A DNA stretch of 32,000 nt from Pleurocapsa sp. PCC 7327 (GTDB taxonomy: Bacteria; Cyanobacteriota; Cyanobacteriia; Cyanobacteriales; Microcystaceae). Below the pieces are notes generated by a model. It ran no database searches, was not told the DNA's origin, and saw only the letters and a list, made by a program, of their open reading frames with translations. Shown piece by piece: positions 26,720-32,000 of the stretch. Both the position numbers and the translations under genes were made by a program. How positions within the stretch are numbered: the first letter of the stretch is position 1; each line of letters begins with the position of its first letter. The stretch lies in contig NC_019689.1 in NCBI RefSeq assembly GCF_000317025.1, positions 3,208,024-3,240,023 of the forward strand, written 5' to 3'.

Positions 26720-26898
26720 AAATGATTATTAGATAAGACTTTCAGTCCATTTTAATGATGGACTTATGCTGTTAGCCAAGAAATTGATTTCTTGGCGAGA
26801 TTTTAATGTTTACTAGTTATGATGCAAGATATAAGAATTTGCAATTAAAGAGAGTCCTCGCCACTGATTGTAATTGCGAATTAGTGCGATCGGAAAAC

Positions 26899-27990
26899 CT
26901 AAAAGTTTAAAGGCAAGCGCACGGTAAAAATACTTCCTCGATCCAATTCGGATTGAACTTCAATTGTACCGTGATGTCCTTGGACGATCTGCTGGCACAA
27001 ATGCAATCCCAATCCGTGACCGAAACGCTTGTGAGTTCCCTGACGAAACCGCTCGAAAATTGTCTGTCGATCGTCGGGAGCAATTCCGATACCCGTATCC
27101 CGAACTTCGATCGCCACCCAATCGGATGTTTTTCCGTCCGCTTGAGATGATAGGTTCGAACGAACTTCCACAAACCCGGTATCGGTGAATTTGATCGCAT
27201 TGCCGATCAAGTTAGTCAGTACTCGCCGTAACTCCAGGCGATCGCCTCTTATCTCTCGTGCGTCTACTGCCAAGTTCATTCGTAATTCCAGTCCTTTTGC
27301 CTCTGCCAAAGGAGTTAATTGTGCTACAACTTCTTCAATTAATTCCGCTAAATTGAAATTGATAAAGCTGAGCGTCTTCTCCCCAACTTCATAGTGATGG
27401 ACTTCTAGCAGGGTATTTAACATCTCTAGCAAGTTTTGATTATTGCTGATGATATTCTCAAGTGCTTTTTTAAGTTCTGGCGAAGCTTCTCCAAAGACTC
27501 CTCGCAAAATTAAGTGCAGCATTCGATCGGCGGCGACTAAAGGCGTTCGCAGATCGTGGGTGAGACAGCGAACGAAGTTCTCTCGCTGGTCGATGGAATA
27601 TTTGAGGCGCAAAAGCGATCGCACCCTCGCTTGCAGTTCGTCGATTTGAAAGGGTTTGCGGATAAACTCATCTGCTCCTGAGTCTAAACCCTGCACTACA
27701 CTCGATTGCTCGTGCGCTGTAATCAACAAAATCGGGATATAGGGTAAATTAGAATTCGCTCGGATGCGTCGCGTTACTTCATAGCCATCCATTTTTGGCA
27801 TCATTACGTCGAGCAACACGAGATCGGGAGGCGATTTTTCAATTTGTTCTAGAGCCATAGAACCATCGCCAACCAATACGACATTGTATCCTTCCTGTTC
27901 TAGTGCCAATTTAATCAGGAATAGATTGTCGGGAATGTCATCGACAGCGAGGATATAGTTAGTAGTTTTTGGAATGGGAACGACGGACAT
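26899..27990 (-). CDS. response regulator-histidine kinase hybrid (REC-HisKA-HATPase)
   Basis: REC 'YILAVDDIPDNLFLIK...DLVLLDVMMPKMDGYEV', H-box 'FVRCLTHDLRTPLVA', N/G boxes 'LTNLIGNAIKFT', 'VRDTGIGI', 'HGLGLHLC'. The ORF extends to a TTG at 28008 but ATG at 27990 is the likelier start. Confidence 0.94.
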   Translation of the reverse strand: MSVVPIPKTTNYILAVDDIPDNLFLIKLALEQEGYNVVLVGDGSMALEQIEKSPPDLVLLDVMMPKMDGYEVTRRIRANSNLPYIPILLITAHEQSSVVQGLDSGADEFIRKPFQIDELQARVRSLLRLKYSIDQRENFVRCLTHDLRTPLVAADRMLHLILRGVFGEASPELKKALENIISNNQNLLEMLNTLLEVHHYEVGEKTLSFINFNLAELIEEVVAQLTPLAEAKGLELRMNLAVDAREIRGDRLELRRVLTNLIGNAIKFTDTGFVEVRSNLSSQADGKTSDWVAIEVRDTGIGIAPDDRQTIFERFRQGTHKRFGHGLGLHLCQQIVQGHHGTIEVQSELDRGSIFTVRLPLNF

Positions 27991-28022
27991 ACAAAAATAA
28001 AAATTCAAAAAATTTCTTTTAA

Positions 28023-29228
28023 TTACGTTTCGACCTGACGCGGAAATTCTACTTGGAATGCCGACCCTTTACCAACCTGGCTTTCAACGGCAATCGTTCC
28101 TTGCATCATCTTAACCAAAGAATTGGTAATTGCCAGCCCCAAGCCGCTGCCCCCGTGTTGGCGAGCCAGGCTGCCATCGACTTGTCGGAAAGCTTCAAAG
28201 ATTGCTTCTAAGTACTCGCTCGCAATTCCTATGCCCGTATCTCTCACTGCGATCGCAACTCGGTCGGGATTTAATTCCCAGACTTTCACCCAAATGCTAC
28301 CGGAGTCGGTAAACTTGATGGCATTGGAGAGAAGGTTGATCAAGATTCGCCGCAGACTATTTTGGTCGTTGACGACGAGAGGATTTTTTAAGTCTAGATC
28401 GACTTGTAGGCTGAGTTGTTTTTGCATGGCGAGGGAACGAAGTTCTTCCACAGTAATCTGCACTAATATAGCCAGGTTAAATTCTTCTGGATTGAGCGTT
28501 AATTGACCGGATTCAAGTTTAGAAAAATCGAGAACTTCATTGAGCAGAATGAGTAGGTTTTGACTGTTGTTAATGATGCGCTGTACGATTTCAGTTTGCT
28601 GTGGCGTAAGCGGATCTGGGTACTGGCGCAACAAAATTTGCGAGAATCCCATTATGGCATTGAGGGGGGTACGTAATTCGTGGGACATGGTTGCCAAAAA
28701 TTGGGATTTGAGGCGATAGGCTTCTTGCAGTTGCAAGTTCTGTAACTGAATTTGTTGCCGTTGCTTTTCCAATTCTTGATTCTGATGCTGGAGAAGTGCA
28801 TTACTTTCTTTGAGCTGTTGGTTTGCTAGTTCTGCTGCTTTTTGCGCGCGATCGACGCGAATAGCATTGCGGAGAGTCTGAGCGAGCGTTTCTGGGGATA
28901 CTCTGGTTTTGGAGAGATAATCAGAAGCCCCTGCTTTCATCATCTCAACGGCAATTTGCTCGTCTCCCTGACCCGTCAGGACGATGGTGGGAACTTTCAC
29001 CCCTATTGAGTATAATTCCTTAATTAACCCCAGTCCATCGCGATCGGGTAAAAGATAGTCTAGGAATATACAATCAAAGTGGGTATTTTGGAGTAGAGCG
29101 ATCGCGTCCCGGGCATCGCCAGCTTCGGATAATTCCATTCTTATGCCTGCTTTTTGGAGCGAGCGGCGTAGTGCTAAGCGATCTACTCGATCGTCATCTA
29201 CAATTAAGATTTTGAGTGTATCCTTCAT
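28023..29228 (-). CDS. response regulator-histidine kinase hybrid (REC-coiled coil-HisKA-HATPase)
   Basis: 401 aa. REC 'KILIVDDDRVDRLALRRSLQ...DCIFLDYLLPDRDG', H-box 'FLATMSHELRTPLNAIMGFSQ', 'LLSNAIKFTDSG', 'AVRDTGIGI', 'GGSGLGLAI'. Confidence 0.96.
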   Translation of the reverse strand: MKDTLKILIVDDDRVDRLALRRSLQKAGIRMELSEAGDARDAIALLQNTHFDCIFLDYLLPDRDGLGLIKELYSIGVKVPTIVLTGQGDEQIAVEMMKAGASDYLSKTRVSPETLAQTLRNAIRVDRAQKAAELANQQLKESNALLQHQNQELEKQRQQIQLQNLQLQEAYRLKSQFLATMSHELRTPLNAIMGFSQILLRQYPDPLTPQQTEIVQRIINNSQNLLILLNEVLDFSKLESGQLTLNPEEFNLAILVQITVEELRSLAMQKQLSLQVDLDLKNPLVVNDQNSLRRILINLLSNAIKFTDSGSIWVKVWELNPDRVAIAVRDTGIGIASEYLEAIFEAFRQVDGSLARQHGGSGLGLAITNSLVKMMQGTIAVESQVGKGSAFQVEFPRQVET

Positions 29229-29234
29229 TCCTGC

Positions 29235-29666
29235 TCACGGCATTTCACACAGCATCCAATACTTATTTAGAGCCGATACGACCTCTATAAATTTAGAAAA
29301 CGTAACGGGTTTGAGAATATAGCCTGCCACACTCAAGTTGTAGGCTTCTAACTTATCTCTGTCTTCATCAGAGGTTGTCAAAACAATTACTGGTATCGCC
29401 TTCAGTTGAGGGTCAGCTCGCAGCTCATGGAGGAATTCCAACCCATTCATTTGAGGCATATTGAGATCTAGCAGAATGAGACGGCGTTTTGGAGGAACCA
29501 CCGGAGGTTCTCCATCTTGGGAGCGCAACATTGCCAAAGCCTTTAATCCGTTCTCGGCTATGTAAAGGGGATTGGCGATCTGGTTTTTTTTAAATGCTCG
29601 CCGGACGTTCATCACGTCAACTTCGTCGTCTTCTACTAGCAAAATGTTAATCGTTCTATCCTCCAT
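29235..29666 (-). CDS. stand-alone response regulator, Rcp1-like
   Basis: 143 aa REC domain: 'ILLVEDDEVDVMNVRRAFKK', 'LILLDLNMPQMNGLEFL', 'PVIVLTTS', 'YILKPV'. Confidence 0.93.
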   Translation of the reverse strand: MEDRTINILLVEDDEVDVMNVRRAFKKNQIANPLYIAENGLKALAMLRSQDGEPPVVPPKRRLILLDLNMPQMNGLEFLHELRADPQLKAIPVIVLTTSDEDRDKLEAYNLSVAGYILKPVTFSKFIEVVSALNKYWMLCEMP

Positions 29667-30234
29667 TCATTTGCCGCCATTGCGTTACCGTTTGTTTTTA
29701 TTTAACCACGGTAACAGTTACGGCATAATCGTCAATAATGCTAAAGCATTCTTTACTTAAATGTCTTCAGCTATTGGTACAAATTACTACAACTAGCTAT
29801 CTATGTCTTAAGTTAGAAATTGACGCTTTTAGTCATGGTCTATCATCTCGTTTGAATCCTTATCATTAAAGTTAGTTTTGGGAAATTAGAAGGGAAAGCG
29901 CGATCGCTCCAAGTCTATTTGAAAACCGATAGTTACGCTGCCACAGCGTCAGCCGGTCGGAGCAGTCGGTTCTTGTCTCGAACTAAATATTGCGAGATAT
30001 TATTCTGCTAGTTTTTTTTGGCTTAGCTCTGCCTTACAATAGATAGGCGTTACATGATTTTTCATTTTTTCTGAAACATCAAAACAAACGCATCTGCCAA
30101 AAGAATTTCTTAAGGCTCAGCCCGTCTCTTACTTTTGATAGATGAAATTAACCAAATCGATCTTTCACGATGATAAAAGCATTGTCTGTCGGAAGTAATA
30201 ACACTTTGATTTTTAGCAGCTAATAAGTTTAGTA

Positions 30235-30969
30235 ATGAGTGAAATTCGCGTTGTTATCATCGAAGACCACGATCTAAGCCGGATCGGTTTAAGTGCTGCT
30301 TTGCAGCAAGTTGAAGATATTAAAGTTGTTGGCGAGGCAGCCAATGGTCGTCAAGGGCTACAAATTCTAGCAACAACCAAGCCGGATGTCGCGGTAGTCG
30401 ATATCGGGTTGCCGGATATCGATGGGATCGCAGTGACGCAGCGGCTCAAGCAGTCTCAGGACAATGCTGACGCAGCGCGAACCAAAGTTCTCATCTTGAC
30501 AATGCACAAAAGCGAGAACTCTGTCATGGCGGCTTTTGCAGCTGGCGCCGACTCATACAGTCTCAAGGATGTGAGTTTGGAGAATCTGGTACGAGCGATT
30601 CGGACGACAAATGAAGGGAATGCCTGGATCGATCCAACGATTGCCCGTATCGTTCTCAAGCAAACTCGACAGCCCATTCCTAACGAGCCTCCCAAAACCG
30701 TCGAGGAGCGATCGCTGGCAAATACAAGAACGATTAGCTCTCTAGATACAGAAGCTCAGCAGATGATCGAAACTTATCCCTTGACCGATCGAGAACTGGA
30801 AGTTTTAGAGCTAATTGTTGCTGGTTGTAATAACCTGCAAATCGCCGAAAAGCTGTACATTACCGTCGGCACGGTTAAGACTCACGTCCGCAACATTCTT
30901 AACAAGCTATGTGCTGACGATCGCACCCAAGCAGCAGTCCGCGCCCTGCGCTCTGGTTTAGTAGAATAA
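30235..30969 (+). CDS. NarL/FixJ (LuxR-type) response regulator
   Basis: 244 aa. REC 'VVIIEDHDLSRIGL...DVAVVDIGLPDIDGI' and HTH 'LTDRELEVLELIVAGCNNLQIAEKLYITVGTVKTHVRNILNKL'. Confidence 0.95.
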   Translation: MSEIRVVIIEDHDLSRIGLSAALQQVEDIKVVGEAANGRQGLQILATTKPDVAVVDIGLPDIDGIAVTQRLKQSQDNADAARTKVLILTMHKSENSVMAAFAAGADSYSLKDVSLENLVRAIRTTNEGNAWIDPTIARIVLKQTRQPIPNEPPKTVEERSLANTRTISSLDTEAQQMIETYPLTDRELEVLELIVAGCNNLQIAEKLYITVGTVKTHVRNILNKLCADDRTQAAVRALRSGLVE

Positions 30970-31101
30970 ATAATTAACGTTGTTAGATTTATTTTTCTTT
31001 CCTAAAAAACATTTCACAGATGAAAGCCGCTCTTAATTTTTACGAATCTATGAGCGGCGTTTTGCTTCTATTCAGTTCCTCGATCGAAAATTTAAAAGGC
31101 T

Positions 31102-31284
31102 TTAGTCAAGCGATTTTTTAACTTCGTCTTTAATGTTTTCTACGGAGTGCCTAGCTGCTGCTTCGGCTTGCTTAGCTTTTCCCTCAGCTTTATCTTTAGG
31201 ATCGCCCGTAACTTCTCCTACCGTTTCTTGAACTTTCCCTTCAACATTTTTAAGAGTTGCTTCAACTCTATTTTCGGTACTCAT
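31102..31284 (-). CDS. CsbD family stress-response-like protein
   Basis: 60 aa. 'ATLKNVEGKVQETVGEVTGDPKDKAEGKAKQAEAAARH'. Confidence 0.93.
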   Translation of the reverse strand: MSTENRVEATLKNVEGKVQETVGEVTGDPKDKAEGKAKQAEAAARHSVENIKDEVKKSLD

Positions 31285-31485
31285 GTGAATAACTCCTTTT
31301 TTTTATTAGTTATTTTTTGTTTTTGACAATTATAAAAATAAATGGTAATGCGAAAGTAAATCTTCCAACTAAAGGAATAAGATTAATAAAATAAGAATCT
31401 TTCTAAAGAGATAAAGTTACAGAAGTTGCTATACTGAGACCCGCACCCTGGTTGAGTGACAGAACTCAAATCGCCCTCACCCCAA

Positions 31486-31564
31486 CCCCTCTCCCACTCT
31501 AGGAGAGGGGCTTTCAACCTAAGACTTTTGCCTGAAGTCCCTTCACCCCTTATGGGAGAAGGGA
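31486..31564. repeat. intergenic double-hairpin repeat (CCCCTCTCC/GGAGAGGGG and TCCCTTC/GAAGGGA)
   Basis: Stem 1 is 31486-31494 with 31502-31510 (9 bp, 7-nt loop). Stem 2 is 31538-31544 with 31558-31564 (7 bp). Confidence 0.7.
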
Positions 31565-31958
31565 TTTAGGGATAAAGGGACGGTAAGTCAGGAAATTCAT
31601 TTCCTGACAGCTACATCAGTGTTAAGGTTAGAAATCTTCCGCCTCTTCTAACTTTATAGAACCGTTTCCATAGATATGCAAGTTAGATCTTGAAAATTTA
31701 GTTGGAGGAAGATATGATTCTTCCTCATTCAGAATGATTGGCGATAAGCTTTAATTGAAAAAAATCTATTTTCATCAGAAAAAGCGATCGCTCTCGAAAA
31801 TCTTTTTTCTGGATGCGAGTTAGAGATACTCCGTCGTTTCGCGGTAGAGCCTCGACGGACGACTTGAGTAGGCGAACTTCTTTGCCCACCGCGTTCTCCT
31901 CTAACTTCGTGAGAATCGCTCTCGCTTTCTGGCTTGTATCTATCTAAGGAGAGGTGGA

Positions 31959-32000
31959 TTGGTTAGAGTCATCTTGCTCGTTGTGGCTGCGGTTGTAGGC
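31959..32000 (+). CDS. possible start of a gene with hydrophobic N-terminus, truncated by window edge
   Basis: RBS-like aaggagagg followed by TTG: (M)VRVILLVVAAVVG open to the window end. Very short evidence. Confidence 0.3.
   Translation, partial: MVRVILLVVAAVVG

Noticed and set aside
28123-28506. 127-aa plus-strand ORF opposite the hybrid kinase
   Set aside because: Antisense shadow ORF over a clearly coding HATPase region.
1-32000. CRISPR array or Cas/TnpB genes
   Set aside because: No regularly spaced short direct repeats with unique spacers were seen, and no Cas-like motifs were found. The CHAT domain here is fused to CHASE2, not in a type III-E context.
1-32000. tRNA/rRNA genes
   Set aside because: No convincing tRNA consensus (GGTTCRANYCC with matching acceptor stem) or rRNA-like sequence was recognised by eye. 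tRNAscan-SE and Infernal would be needed to exclude them.

Overview
This is a cyanobacterial chromosomal window, judged from abundant HIP1-like GCGATCGC sites, a high-light-inducible protein, a Mo-nitrogenase-C-like protein and a CHAT/CHASE2/DUF1822/DUF928 cassette. The left part (about 1-4200) holds a partial Mo-dependent nitrogenase family gene, small secreted or lipoprotein-like ORFs, a VapBC-type toxin-antitoxin pair and a duplicated 61-bp repeat. The most interesting locus is a compact plus-strand gene train at 4289-9875. It encodes a candidate LRAT/NlpC-like protein, an M28-like peptidase, a membrane-anchored Hsp70/actin-fold ATPase, a coiled-coil repeat protein, a small membrane protein interrupted by one in-frame TAA, and an M48-like metalloprotease. 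It converges on a minus-strand, translationally coupled four-gene cassette at 9948-15985: a sigma-70-like/HTH protein, a DUF1822 protein, a CHAT protease-CHASE2 membrane protein and a DUF928 protein. Further right are a C5-cytosine methyltransferase paired with xthA, an HI0933-type flavoprotein, an EcsC-like glycine-rich repeat protein, an unannotated 47-aa HLIP, a P-type ATPase with low-complexity DNA absorbed in frame, a divergent metK flanked by two MITE-like elements, a three-gene two-component cluster, a NarL-type regulator and a CsbD-like protein. All family calls come from motif reading, not database searches.
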